From a virus: a stretch of DNA of 64,000 bases. Location: IMG/VR virus record IMGVR_UViG_3300027708_000024; one strand, 5' to 3'. The position numbers were made by a program, and so were the translations under genes. The notes under the pieces were generated by a model that saw only the letters and a program-made list of their open reading frames with translations, did no database searches and was not told the origin of the DNA. Shown here one piece after another: positions 44,970 to 54,149 of the stretch (its first letter is position 1; the number at the start of each line of letters is the position of its first letter).

Positions 44970-46499
44970 ATGAACAATTTTAATAAAAAAGATTCAGTAG
45001 CAGAAGAAGTCGAAAAAATTCTTGCACAAGAAGCTGAACTGTCACACAAACAAAAAAAGATTGCTGCATTAGCAGGTGATAAGAAAGTTATTGATGCTTT
45101 AGACTTGGCAGCATTACGTGCTGGTAAGAAACCTGTAGATGTTGAAGAAGGTTTCGGTGATATGGATAAGTACCTGAAAGACAAAGAGAAAGAAAAAGGT
45201 ACTGGTAAGTATGATAAGAAAAAGATTTCTACTGGTACAGTATATCAGAAGAAACACAATGCACCAAAAGAAGATGAAAAAGATGATATGAAAGAAGATG
45301 TTGAGCAAATTGATGAACTGAAAAAGTCTACAGTGGCTTCTTATATTCAGAAGAAGTTTGGTAAGATGAGTGATGAACCTGTTTCAAAAAATCAATATGG
45401 ATATGCCAAAAAAGATGCAAAAGGTATTCAACGTGCTGGTTTGCGTATGAGTGGTATTAAAGCAACACAAAAAGAAGAAGTTGAATTGGATGAAGCAGTA
45501 TCACGCAAACACTTCCAACAAGTTGCTGATTTGATTAAGACACACGACAGTCAAGAAAAACGTAAAGAGTTGGCACAACATCATGCAAGTATTTTCAAGA
45601 CACAGAACCCACGTTTTGATCATGCTAAGTTTATGAAGGCTGCTGGTGTAAATGAAGGCACATGGGCAGAAGAAGCAGATTGCGTAACTCCACCACAAGC
45701 AAAAAAGATTGCTAAAAAAGAAGTTAAGGGTCATGAAAAATCTATGCATCATCAAGAAGAAATTGATACTGATGTTCGCACTAAAGATATGTTGAAAGGA
45801 CGTAAACCAACAAAACAGACTGATGATGTTGGTCCTGGTTCAGATGGTAAGAGCACCAAAGTAAGATATCATGGTGGTCCGCATCCAAGTAATGAAGAAG
45901 TTGAACAGATGGATGACTTTCAAGCAGAAGAATTAATTGAGAATTTTGAAATGATTAATGAAGTTTCACTTGGTGCGAAAATTAAAGCTTATGCTCATCA
46001 CTCAGCAAGTTCATGGGAAGCAGGCGATTATGGCCACGATGAAGATATGGAAAAACACCAAAAACGTGCTGATAAAATTCATGCACATATTTTAAAACAC
46101 CATGGTACTGATGCTGCTCATCATGCAGAAAAAGCAGCAGATTCAGCAATATTTGGAACAGAACGTAGTCAGTCTCGTGGTAAAGATACACTATCAGGTG
46201 GTTTACGAAATATACTATCTAAGAATGTAACTAAAGCAGGAAAAATTCCTAAGACAACGCAAGGTGGAATGAAAAATGTTGCTAAAGGTTCTTATGGTAA
46301 TAGAGTTTCTGGTCCTAAAGGTAATTTACCAGAAGAAGTTGAATTGGATGAACGTTCATTGACACCAACAGAAAAGAAAGAAAAAGAACACATGGTAATG
46401 TCAATGAAACCAAAACTCAAAGACTTCAAAAAACGTTATGGTGAAAGAGCAAAAGAAGTTATGTATGCTACTGCAACGAAAAGAGCAAAAGGCGAATAA
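44970..46499 (+). CDS. Putative protease-processed head-internal polyprotein
   Basis: Repeated EEVELDE/EQIDE linkers between basic modules. Confidence 0.55.
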   Translation: MNNFNKKDSVAEEVEKILAQEAELSHKQKKIAALAGDKKVIDALDLAALRAGKKPVDVEEGFGDMDKYLKDKEKEKGTGKYDKKKISTGTVYQKKHNAPKEDEKDDMKEDVEQIDELKKSTVASYIQKKFGKMSDEPVSKNQYGYAKKDAKGIQRAGLRMSGIKATQKEEVELDEAVSRKHFQQVADLIKTHDSQEKRKELAQHHASIFKTQNPRFDHAKFMKAAGVNEGTWAEEADCVTPPQAKKIAKKEVKGHEKSMHHQEEIDTDVRTKDMLKGRKPTKQTDDVGPGSDGKSTKVRYHGGPHPSNEEVEQMDDFQAEELIENFEMINEVSLGAKIKAYAHHSASSWEAGDYGHDEDMEKHQKRADKIHAHILKHHGTDAAHHAEKAADSAIFGTERSQSRGKDTLSGGLRNILSKNVTKAGKIPKTTQGGMKNVAKGSYGNRVSGPKGNLPEEVELDERSLTPTEKKEKEHMVMSMKPKLKDFKKRYGERAKEVMYATATKRAKGE

Positions 46500-48181
46500 T
46501 GAATATCCATAACAACATAAGATTGATTTTGGAAGGTAAAGATACAACAGATTCAATCTCCCTTGACATTCCTCTCCTGATTCGTGTTTTAGAATTGGCA
46601 CGTGAGGATGTAAAGGATGATATGGAGTTGCATCGTATTACTGAAAGACTTCTAAAGATTCGACACCAAGGTGTGTTGACAATGGATGATTATAATTTTA
46701 TTGCCAACATGAAAGAAGAATTTGCACACGAATTGCAAGAATTCAAAAAGCAACCTGATGTTGCTGAAGATAAGACTTCACCAGTTAAAGGTTCATCAAA
46801 ATCAAAAGGACATAAGGAATCGCAAGACTCCTTAAATCCTTATGACCAGTATTCAGCAATGGCACCCGCAAGAACAGAAGAAGTAAAAGAAGAAAAAGAT
46901 GATGATGTAGGTGAAATGATTAAAGACAAACTGAGAATCATTATTCATAATGCTGAAAAAATGCATGATGAATTGAAAGATACTGATGATTTGCCAGAAT
47001 GGGTAAAATCTAAAATCACACTAGCACAAGACTATGTTTCTACTGCATATGATTACACATGTGGCACTCATGAACTTGGTGAGGCTGCTAATGCAGCACA
47101 ACAAGCAGCAATTGCAATCAATATGAAAAAGAAAGGCATTAAGCCTAAGAATGAAGAAGTTCATGAAGATGATGATGCGCCATTCGAAAAACCTTATCGT
47201 AAAACTTCAGGAACAACAACCGATAAATCTGGTGCTAAACACACTCCGATGTCCAAAGCAAGACATTTGGCACAACAAATGATGAAGAAAAATGCAGAGA
47301 AATCTGTTAAAGAAGAAGCTGAGCAGATTGATGAATTATCACCTGCAACTAAAGCGTCATATGTAACTAAAGCAAAAGACCAAATAAAACAGTCTAGGCC
47401 TTTTACTAAAAAGAGTGATGAGTATAGAGATATTGCAAAGAACTTTATTGCTAAACGTGAAAAAGGTATTGCTAAGGCAAATGAAGAAGTCCACGAACTT
47501 GATGAAGCAGGACACTTAGACAGATATATTAAATCTTTAGGTTGGGATCCAGACCTTCTTGATATGAGCAGAAAACAAAAATATGCTCAATCTGCTCAAT
47601 ATGCATCATGGAGACAAAGACAAGCATCAGTAAGAACTGAATCTATGACTGCACATGATAAATTCAAAGCAGGCGTGAAGAAAGCAGGATATGACATGGA
47701 TGCTGGTGCAAAACGTTTAGAAGATTTACTTGCAAAGCAGAAGAAAGAACGTGAGGAACGTGAGAAGGCAGAAAAACCAGAAATGAAACAAGAAACAATG
47801 ATGGGTAAACTTGCCAATTCATATGAACCTGAAGGCGATTCTCTTGTTGAAAGTAAACATCCTTCTAAAGCAGCAATGATGGTAAAAGGTATCTTTAATC
47901 TGCATAAGAAAAGAAAAATGAATGAAGAAACCTATGACCATGAAAAGGATGATAAGCAAGAAAAAAGTTTAGGCAAAAAACCTAAGTTAGAAGTAAGTGA
48001 TGAGAAAGATGAATTTGGTAAAGAGAAAGCATCTGCCCGTGCAGTTTTGTCTGGTGGTAAAACAGAAACTGGTACACCCCGTGATACGATTGAAATTGAT
48101 CCTATGATGAGAAATCGTCCGGGTCAAGGAAATATTGGCAAAAAAGTAGGAAAACTTGGAATCAAAGGCCAAGAACAATAA
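46499..48181 (+). CDS. Putative protease-processed head-internal polyprotein
   Basis: Repeated EE..E.DE linkers; LPEWV.SKIT.A.DY module. Confidence 0.55.
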   Translation: MNIHNNIRLILEGKDTTDSISLDIPLLIRVLELAREDVKDDMELHRITERLLKIRHQGVLTMDDYNFIANMKEEFAHELQEFKKQPDVAEDKTSPVKGSSKSKGHKESQDSLNPYDQYSAMAPARTEEVKEEKDDDVGEMIKDKLRIIIHNAEKMHDELKDTDDLPEWVKSKITLAQDYVSTAYDYTCGTHELGEAANAAQQAAIAINMKKKGIKPKNEEVHEDDDAPFEKPYRKTSGTTTDKSGAKHTPMSKARHLAQQMMKKNAEKSVKEEAEQIDELSPATKASYVTKAKDQIKQSRPFTKKSDEYRDIAKNFIAKREKGIAKANEEVHELDEAGHLDRYIKSLGWDPDLLDMSRKQKYAQSAQYASWRQRQASVRTESMTAHDKFKAGVKKAGYDMDAGAKRLEDLLAKQKKEREEREKAEKPEMKQETMMGKLANSYEPEGDSLVESKHPSKAAMMVKGIFNLHKKRKMNEETYDHEKDDKQEKSLGKKPKLEVSDEKDEFGKEKASARAVLSGGKTETGTPRDTIEIDPMMRNRPGQGNIGKKVGKLGIKGQEQ

Positions 48182-48224
48182 AGAATAAATAATAAACAAA
48201 CCTAGGATTTTTAAGGAGAAAAAC

Positions 48225-49397
48225 ATGTCCTCATGGGGAAATAACGATAACGCAGCAAACTCACCTTACTGGGCTGTAACAACAGTCAACAAGATGAACC
48301 GGGCTGCTGCTGCACCCACAGCCGCAAATGTTGCGTTTCTGTATGGTAATACAACACCAGACGTTTATGTTACAGATCAAACTGTCGGTCTGTTCATGGT
48401 AGACGCCAATGAAATTCATTCGGGTGGTGGTAAAATAACTGATGTATCCATTTCTTATGGTGGAACACAGTATATGGAAACACCAAGTGTTTCTTTCAGT
48501 GGTGGTGGTGGATCAAGTGCTGCTGCAACTGCAACTATCTCTGGTGGTGCAGTTACTAACATTCAAGTAACGAATACTGGTTCATCATACGAAACAGTTC
48601 CTACCGTTGCAATTCAAGGTCCATACGTTACAATGAATCTTGCAAGTGCATCAGTCGTAAGTGTATCAACAAACAAGTTCACCTATGCAAATCACAGATG
48701 GAACACCGGTGATGAATTGTTCTATACAGATAACAGTTCTGGTCGTGTTCGTGGTGATGTAGTTACTGTCAATGGTTCTAGTGCTGCTGTGGTAAACACA
48801 ACAACAAATATTATCACTGCAACTGGTCACCCATTCTTAACTGGTGATGAAGTACTTTACGAAAAGTCTGGTTCCAATCCAATTGGTGGATTGACAACTG
48901 GTACTACGTATGGTGTTCATAAAATCAATGATAACTCATTTGCTTTGTATGATACACAAGCTCATGCCATTACACATGATGGTACAGGTCTTAAAGATTT
49001 AACATCAGTTGGTAATGGCACTACAGATTTATTCACCTACATATTCAATGGACAACAATACTACTACGTCATCAAGACTGGTGCGAATGATTTCCAGTTA
49101 GCAAGAACCGCTGCATTGGCTACTGCTGCAACACCAATCGATATTTCTGCAATCTTTATGCCTAATAACGGTTCAAATTTCACTTTAACTAGTGGTAATG
49201 CAACTGCTATTGCAGACAAAGGTCTAGGTGAAGATGGTAGTGCAAATAGTTCATATACTCATACTTCACATGTAGGATGGAATATCAAGAGAGTCGGTGA
49301 AGGTGGTCGTGCTGGCCGTGTACAGTGGGAAACACTTGTTGCACTAGCAAATCCAATCGGTGATGGTTCGGACGATATCACTCTACCTGACGCTTAA
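48225..49397 (+). CDS. Virion structural protein (Gly/Thr/Ser-rich, fibre or decoration-like)
   Basis: G.GY..P repeats, repeated beta modules, GGRAGRVQWETLVA C-terminus; TAAATA promoter-like site and AAGGAG SD. Confidence 0.65.
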   Translation: MSSWGNNDNAANSPYWAVTTVNKMNRAAAAPTAANVAFLYGNTTPDVYVTDQTVGLFMVDANEIHSGGGKITDVSISYGGTQYMETPSVSFSGGGGSSAAATATISGGAVTNIQVTNTGSSYETVPTVAIQGPYVTMNLASASVVSVSTNKFTYANHRWNTGDELFYTDNSSGRVRGDVVTVNGSSAAVVNTTTNIITATGHPFLTGDEVLYEKSGSNPIGGLTTGTTYGVHKINDNSFALYDTQAHAITHDGTGLKDLTSVGNGTTDLFTYIFNGQQYYYVIKTGANDFQLARTAALATAATPIDISAIFMPNNGSNFTLTSGNATAIADKGLGEDGSANSSYTHTSHVGWNIKRVGEGGRAGRVQWETLVALANPIGDGSDDITLPDA

Positions 49398-49401
49398 TAA
49401 T

Positions 49402-49430
49402 ATGGTGGGTGGCTTCGGCCACCCCATTTA
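49402..49430 (+). terminator. Terminator-like UUCG hairpin
   Basis: GGGTGGC-TTCG-GCCACCC followed by short T run. Confidence 0.65.
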
Positions 49431-49432
49431 AT

Positions 49433-49819
49433 ATGATCGATGACTTGACTGAAGATAATTTTATAATGTATGCAATGAAGGCATATGAATCTCCACATTG
49501 CATTATGAGTGAGTTTGAAGGTGATTTAAAAAGAACAAAGTATTTAAAAAGATTGTTTCGTAGATATAAAATAACAAAGACGTTAAAAGAACGATTAATC
49601 ATCAATCATCTGATTTGTTTATATAATGTATTTGGCGCAGAAGCCGCAACCAAAATCTTGTTTTTTAGAATCGATGAACGTGATTATGATATTCTAAAAA
49701 CATTTCTGATTTATCTAAATTTTATGCCAGAAGTAATAGGTAAGATTAACGGGAAAATTATCTATTCTTCTGACATAAAAGTGGATTTATCAATAGCAGA
49801 GATATTAAGAAAAATATGA
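49433..49819 (+). CDS. Conserved T4-like hypothetical protein
   Basis: NF..YAMK.Y..P.C, EF..DL.R..YLKRL, RLIINH. Confidence 0.7.
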   Translation: MIDDLTEDNFIMYAMKAYESPHCIMSEFEGDLKRTKYLKRLFRRYKITKTLKERLIINHLICLYNVFGAEAATKILFFRIDERDYDILKTFLIYLNFMPEVIGKINGKIIYSSDIKVDLSIAEILRKI

Positions 49820-49831
49820 TAAGGTAACAAA

Positions 49832-50410
49832 ATGACATCTATTCAAAAATTAATATGGTTACAAAGAGCAGGTATAATATCTGAAAACTTTGATTTGGTT
49901 GAAGAAAAGAAATTATCAGATGAAGAAATAGATAAGATAGTAAAACGCCTAAGACATGAGGATGATAAAGAAGAAAAAAATGAACTAAAACATTTAATTG
50001 GCGAAGAAGATGAAGAAGATAGTTTTGATGAACTGTGGGAAGATACAGCAGCACCAGTAGAAGGAAAGGTATCCTCCGACACTAAAGGTAAATTACACGA
50101 ACTATTAGTTGGATATCATTTACTTGGTCGCAAGCATATGGAAAAACATCCAGATAAAAATGGAGATAGTCCAGAAGAAGCACATTCTAAATTGAAAAAG
50201 AAGGTTCATCCTGAAGATTATAAGAAAATAAATGCGAGAGCAAAGTCAGCAGCAAATGATATTAAAAAGAAGGTTGAGGTAAATGGTCACAAAATACATA
50301 ATGTACATTGGACCTCACAGCCAAATGACTTATTGAGAACGACTGGAATAAAAGCAACACAAAAAGAAGATTCGTCTGATATAGTTGTTACGACACGAAA
50401 AGCAAAATAG
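49832..50410 (+). CDS. N-terminal half of split PD-(D/E)XK-like protein
   Basis: GKLHELLV...SSDIVV just before the stop. Confidence 0.5.
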   Translation: MTSIQKLIWLQRAGIISENFDLVEEKKLSDEEIDKIVKRLRHEDDKEEKNELKHLIGEEDEEDSFDELWEDTAAPVEGKVSSDTKGKLHELLVGYHLLGRKHMEKHPDKNGDSPEEAHSKLKKKVHPEDYKKINARAKSAANDIKKKVEVNGHKIHNVHWTSQPNDLLRTTGIKATQKEDSSDIVVTTRKAK

Positions 50411-50420
50411 GAACAATAAA

Positions 50421-51035
50421 ATGGAAGAAATACATCACGGTATCAGTCTAAAAGTTACAGACTCAACTTCAAAACACGTGCCGACTTCTAATCCTGGTAT
50501 TAACTATGCTGGACCCAAAGCAAAAAAAATACACGATGCACATAGAAAAGATATAATTAAAAAATATCCAAAACTGGTTACTCAGGCCTCGAATGCTGGT
50601 GAAAGAAAAGCAATGATGAACTCTAGTCCTAGAATGAAAGCTTATGTTAAAGCAAAGAATACTGAGACATTACATAAAATAGCAAAAGGTTTGCACGACC
50701 ACTTGTCTAAAGCACCTAAGCATGAGTTGGTTGCACATATCAGACATGTCATCCATGCACAACAGACGCCTATGCAAAAACAAGGGCATAACCATTTAAG
50801 ACATGTTACTCATTCGGGTGGTAAAAATGGTGATTATGCTCACCATTCAATTGATCCAAGCAAACACCACGAACATATACTTAATAATCCGGACCATATT
50901 GAAGTGCATCATAAAGGAACATCTATTCATTTCAAGCATAATGGTAAAACTTTTGCAAGACATTCAATTAAATTTAGTTCACAGTCCGATCCATTAAGTT
51001 CAGTAAAAGGTTCTGGCGAAACTTCAGGAGATTGA
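50421..51035 (+). CDS. C-terminal half of split PD-(D/E)XK-like protein, His-rich
   Basis: Begins MEEIHHGISLKV; AGGA SD. Confidence 0.5.
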   Translation: MEEIHHGISLKVTDSTSKHVPTSNPGINYAGPKAKKIHDAHRKDIIKKYPKLVTQASNAGERKAMMNSSPRMKAYVKAKNTETLHKIAKGLHDHLSKAPKHELVAHIRHVIHAQQTPMQKQGHNHLRHVTHSGGKNGDYAHHSIDPSKHHEHILNNPDHIEVHHKGTSIHFKHNGKTFARHSIKFSSQSDPLSSVKGSGETSGD

Positions 51036-51037
51036 AT

Positions 51038-51241
51038 ATGAAAACTTTCAAACAATTTAGAGAAGATGGCATGGGTGGCGGCGCACTAGGTAGTAGCGGA
51101 CCAACAAATGTTGTTGGTAGTGGTGCAATCGCAGGTACTGGTGGTAAAGGTGGTGAACCTGGTGTTGATTTAAGAAAGAAAAGAAAAGCACATAACCCAG
51201 TAATGCTTCCTATTGGAAAAAGAAAAGCACCTACAATCTAG
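51038..51241 (+). CDS. Small Gly-rich head-internal-like protein
   Basis: MKTFKQFRE N-terminus; AGGAG SD. Confidence 0.6.
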   Translation: MKTFKQFREDGMGGGALGSSGPTNVVGSGAIAGTGGKGGEPGVDLRKKRKAHNPVMLPIGKRKAPTI

Positions 51242-51250
51242 GAAAAACAT

Positions 51251-51679
51251 ATGTGGATATTAAATTGGTTACCTAGTTGGATTTTTGATGCAATGGTTAT
51301 TGGTGGACTGATAGGTGTCTTAGTTACACAATTTCTTTCCTACATACCTTTAATTGGTAACTACTTACTCCCAATCAGAATCATCGCAATTGCCATTTTA
51401 GTGACAGGTGTTTGGTTTGAAGGTGCAAATCACAATAACGAAGTTTGGCTTGCCCGTGTTAAAGAATTAGAAGAAAAACTAAAAATAACAGAAGAAAAAT
51501 CTAAAGAAGTAAATACAATAATACAAGAAAAAATTGTATACAAAACAAAGATAGTAAAACAGATACAAGTTAAAGTGGAAGAAAGAATCAAAGAAGTCGA
51601 AAAACAAATTGATTCAAAGTGTGAAGTTGATACAGAAGCACTTAAAATTTTAAATGACGCTGCTGAGATGCCAAAATGA
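51251..51679 (+). CDS. Inner-membrane spanin (Rz-like)
   Basis: N-terminal TMs, coiled coil, C-terminal Cys; precedes a lipoprotein. Confidence 0.7.
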   Translation: MWILNWLPSWIFDAMVIGGLIGVLVTQFLSYIPLIGNYLLPIRIIAIAILVTGVWFEGANHNNEVWLARVKELEEKLKITEEKSKEVNTIIQEKIVYKTKIVKQIQVKVEERIKEVEKQIDSKCEVDTEALKILNDAAEMPK

Positions 51680-51942
51680 ATAAACTAATAATCATTATCA
51701 CATTATTGCTTGCTAGTTGTTCAACTACAGTTCCTGTTGTTGCTAAGTTTCCTGATGCGCCAAATGAATTGAAACAAACATGTCCCGATTTAAACAAAGT
51801 TGATATTGAGGACCACAAGTTGAGTAGTGTGTTAAAAACTGTCACGAAAAATTACGAACAATATAAAGAATGTAAAATTAAAGTTGATAGTTGGAATGAA
51901 TGGTATGCAGAACAAAAAAAACTGTTTGAAAATGTAAAATAA
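51676..51942 (+). CDS. Outer-membrane spanin lipoprotein (Rz1-like)
   Basis: Lipobox LLASC; Pro-rich linker with CP.L. Confidence 0.75.
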   Translation: MNKLIIIITLLLASCSTTVPVVAKFPDAPNELKQTCPDLNKVDIEDHKLSSVLKTVTKNYEQYKECKIKVDSWNEWYAEQKKLFENVK

Positions 51943-51957
51943 TAATAAGGATTCAAC

Positions 51958-52572
51958 ATGGAACTGACAAAAGAACAACTAAAACAATTGCTTCCAAAAA
52001 ATCCATATATTGACCAATGGCACAAAGCATTAAGTCAATTACTTCCGGATTATGAAATCAATACACCTCAACGTATTGCAGCATTCATGGCACAATGCGC
52101 CCATGAATCTGGTGGGTTCATTTTCTTATCTGAGAATTTGAATTACAAAGCAGATAGTCTAATGAAGATATTTGGAAAATACTTCAAAGATATCAATATT
52201 GCTTACATGTATGAAAAGAAACCAGAAAAAATTGCTAATAAAATCTATGCAGATCGTATGGGTAATGGTAATGAAGCATCTGGTGATGGATTCAAATACC
52301 GAGGCCGTGGTCTAATTCAATTGACTGGTAAAACAAACTATACATGGTTTGCAGCATCATTAGAAATTACATCAGAAGAAGCAGCAGAATACATGGGTAC
52401 CTTTGAAGGTGCAGCACAGTCAGCATGTTGGTTCTGGGAAACTAATAAACTAAATCAATGGGCAGACAAAGGCGACATTGAAAAGATGACTAAAATCATC
52501 AACGGTGGCACAATTGGACTTGAAGATAGAAAAAAACATTATGCTCACGCCCTACATGTATTGGGGGCATAA
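51958..52572 (+). CDS. Endolysin, glycoside hydrolase family 19
   Basis: AQCAHES, YRGRGLIQLTG..NY, INGG..GLEDR. Confidence 0.92.
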   Translation: MELTKEQLKQLLPKNPYIDQWHKALSQLLPDYEINTPQRIAAFMAQCAHESGGFIFLSENLNYKADSLMKIFGKYFKDINIAYMYEKKPEKIANKIYADRMGNGNEASGDGFKYRGRGLIQLTGKTNYTWFAASLEITSEEAAEYMGTFEGAAQSACWFWETNKLNQWADKGDIEKMTKIINGGTIGLEDRKKHYAHALHVLGA

Positions 52573-52799
52573 TGAAATATCTATTAATTCTATTGTTACC
52601 ATTAACTCTGTTTGCATGTGATGAACGTTATCGTTACCCATGCCAAGATCCAGAGAATTGGGAAACTAAACAATGTCAGAAACCATACTGCACAGCAAAC
52701 GGTACATGTCCTGAAGATTTAAAGCACTATGTAAAAGATAAGACTGGGCAACCTCTGCAACCACAACAACCAGTTTCGTCAAAAGGAGATTGCAAATGA
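52572..52799 (+). CDS. Small Cys-rich lipoprotein
   Basis: Lipobox LFAC; RYPCQDP.NW...C..P.C...G.CP. Confidence 0.7.
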   Translation: MKYLLILLLPLTLFACDERYRYPCQDPENWETKQCQKPYCTANGTCPEDLKHYVKDKTGQPLQPQQPVSSKGDCK

Positions 52800-53269
52800 T
52801 TAACCAACTATGGTCTGGAGAGAAATACACAACCGAAGAACTAAACGCCAGATTAAAATTTTTTATTGGTATTATTTTAGGTCTAACACTATTCGGTATT
52901 GTGTTTGTTGTATTGTATAGTTTGATCTTTGTTACACAACCAATGAATGGTATGAGTCCAGTGGATAATAAATTCTTTGAATTGATTATTCCTATTGCCA
53001 CATTCTTAACTGGTACATTGTCGGGCATTATGCTTGCTGGTGACGATAAAGACTTGAGATCAAAAGCAATTGATGCAGCAAACAGACCTTATACTCCACC
53101 ACCAGAACCACCATCTGTTGCCAAAGCATCAGCAGCACCTATCAACGGAATTGGAGCATCATTCTCCTATACTAGTGAAACGGTAGCAGTTGCACCAACT
53201 TTCGGAACAGAAGTAACTGGATTTGGTGGTAAACCAGCACCAGCTCAACCACCACATCCGGAGATTTAA
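52790..53269 (+). CDS. Two-TM membrane protein, Pro-rich tail (holin-like)
   Basis: Two hydrophobic segments in lysis cassette. Confidence 0.55.
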   Translation: MQMINQLWSGEKYTTEELNARLKFFIGIILGLTLFGIVFVVLYSLIFVTQPMNGMSPVDNKFFELIIPIATFLTGTLSGIMLAGDDKDLRSKAIDAANRPYTPPPEPPSVAKASAAPINGIGASFSYTSETVAVAPTFGTEVTGFGGKPAPAQPPHPEI

Positions 53270-53270
53270 T

Positions 53271-53498
53271 ATGGATTTTTTATCTAAGATGTTAACCGGA
53301 GAAGGCGAAAATAATCCAAGCAGCAAACGGACTATTGCCTTTTTAGCATTTTTATTACTTGCTGCTGGATTTATTTCTGACCTTGTTTTTGGATTAAAAG
53401 CAAGTCAAGGTAGTATCGATACTATGATGTATATTGTTGTTGGTGGACTAGGTTTTACTTCAGTGGAAAAATTTGTCAAAAAGGAAGAAAAAAAATGA
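53271..53498 (+). CDS. Small two-TM holin-like protein
   Basis: SSKR then TM; GLGFTS.EKF. Confidence 0.55.
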   Translation: MDFLSKMLTGEGENNPSSKRTIAFLAFLLLAAGFISDLVFGLKASQGSIDTMMYIVVGGLGFTSVEKFVKKEEKK

Positions 53499-53695
53499 AA
53501 AAAGAATTAGCCGTAGGTTCAATGATTTTGTTTTTGTTATTTGCACCTTTAACTAAAGCAGCATTTGGTGCTGAAGAAAAGAAAGTTTGTGTTAAAGAAG
53601 TAGATGCAAAAACTAAAAAAGAAAAAGAAGTTTGCAAAACAATCAAAGTGCATAAAAAACTAGAAGGCACTGCTATTCCTGATAAGAAGAAATAA
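53495..53695 (+). CDS. Small exported protein
   Basis: Signal peptide, two Cys, Lys-rich. Confidence 0.55.
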   Translation: MKKELAVGSMILFLLFAPLTKAAFGAEEKKVCVKEVDAKTKKEKEVCKTIKVHKKLEGTAIPDKKK

Positions 53696-54118
53696 ATGTC
53701 TCAAGAAAACCAAGAATGTGTCGAAATTAAGGTTGATATCGGTGTTCTAAAAACGCAGGTATTAACCTTGACTGCATTGTGCAATAAAATGGATGTAGTC
53801 ATAGAAAAACTAGTCGATCAACACGATAGACATTTAACGAAAGTATATGCCACCATGGAAGATCGTAGACTAGAAAAAGAAGCAGATATTGGTGAATTAC
53901 ATGACCGCATCGATGTGGTGTTAGATAAGATGCAGACATCCGAACTTCGCATTATGGACGAAATAAAAGCTTTACGGAATGAAATGCAAGACCACAATAA
54001 AAGAGAAAAGGCTGCATTAGATTCACTTCTGCAATGGAAGTGGATGATCGTTGGTGGTATTGTATTATTGTCTTGGTTGGTAAATAGTTATGGGAATTTA
54101 ATTAAAATTACCAATTGA
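53696..54118 (+). CDS. Coiled-coil protein with C-terminal TM
   Basis: Heptad pattern then WKWMIVGG TM. Confidence 0.6.
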   Translation: MSQENQECVEIKVDIGVLKTQVLTLTALCNKMDVVIEKLVDQHDRHLTKVYATMEDRRLEKEADIGELHDRIDVVLDKMQTSELRIMDEIKALRNEMQDHNKREKAALDSLLQWKWMIVGGIVLLSWLVNSYGNLIKITN

Positions 54119-54143
54119 CAAGACGCTCATTTTGTAGTATAAT
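54115..54143 (+). promoter_or_regulatory. Consensus sigma70 promoter giving leaderless primase mRNA
   Basis: TTGACA-17-TATAAT; ATG begins 7 nt after the -10 box. Confidence 0.8.
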
Positions 54144-54149
54144 TACTGA

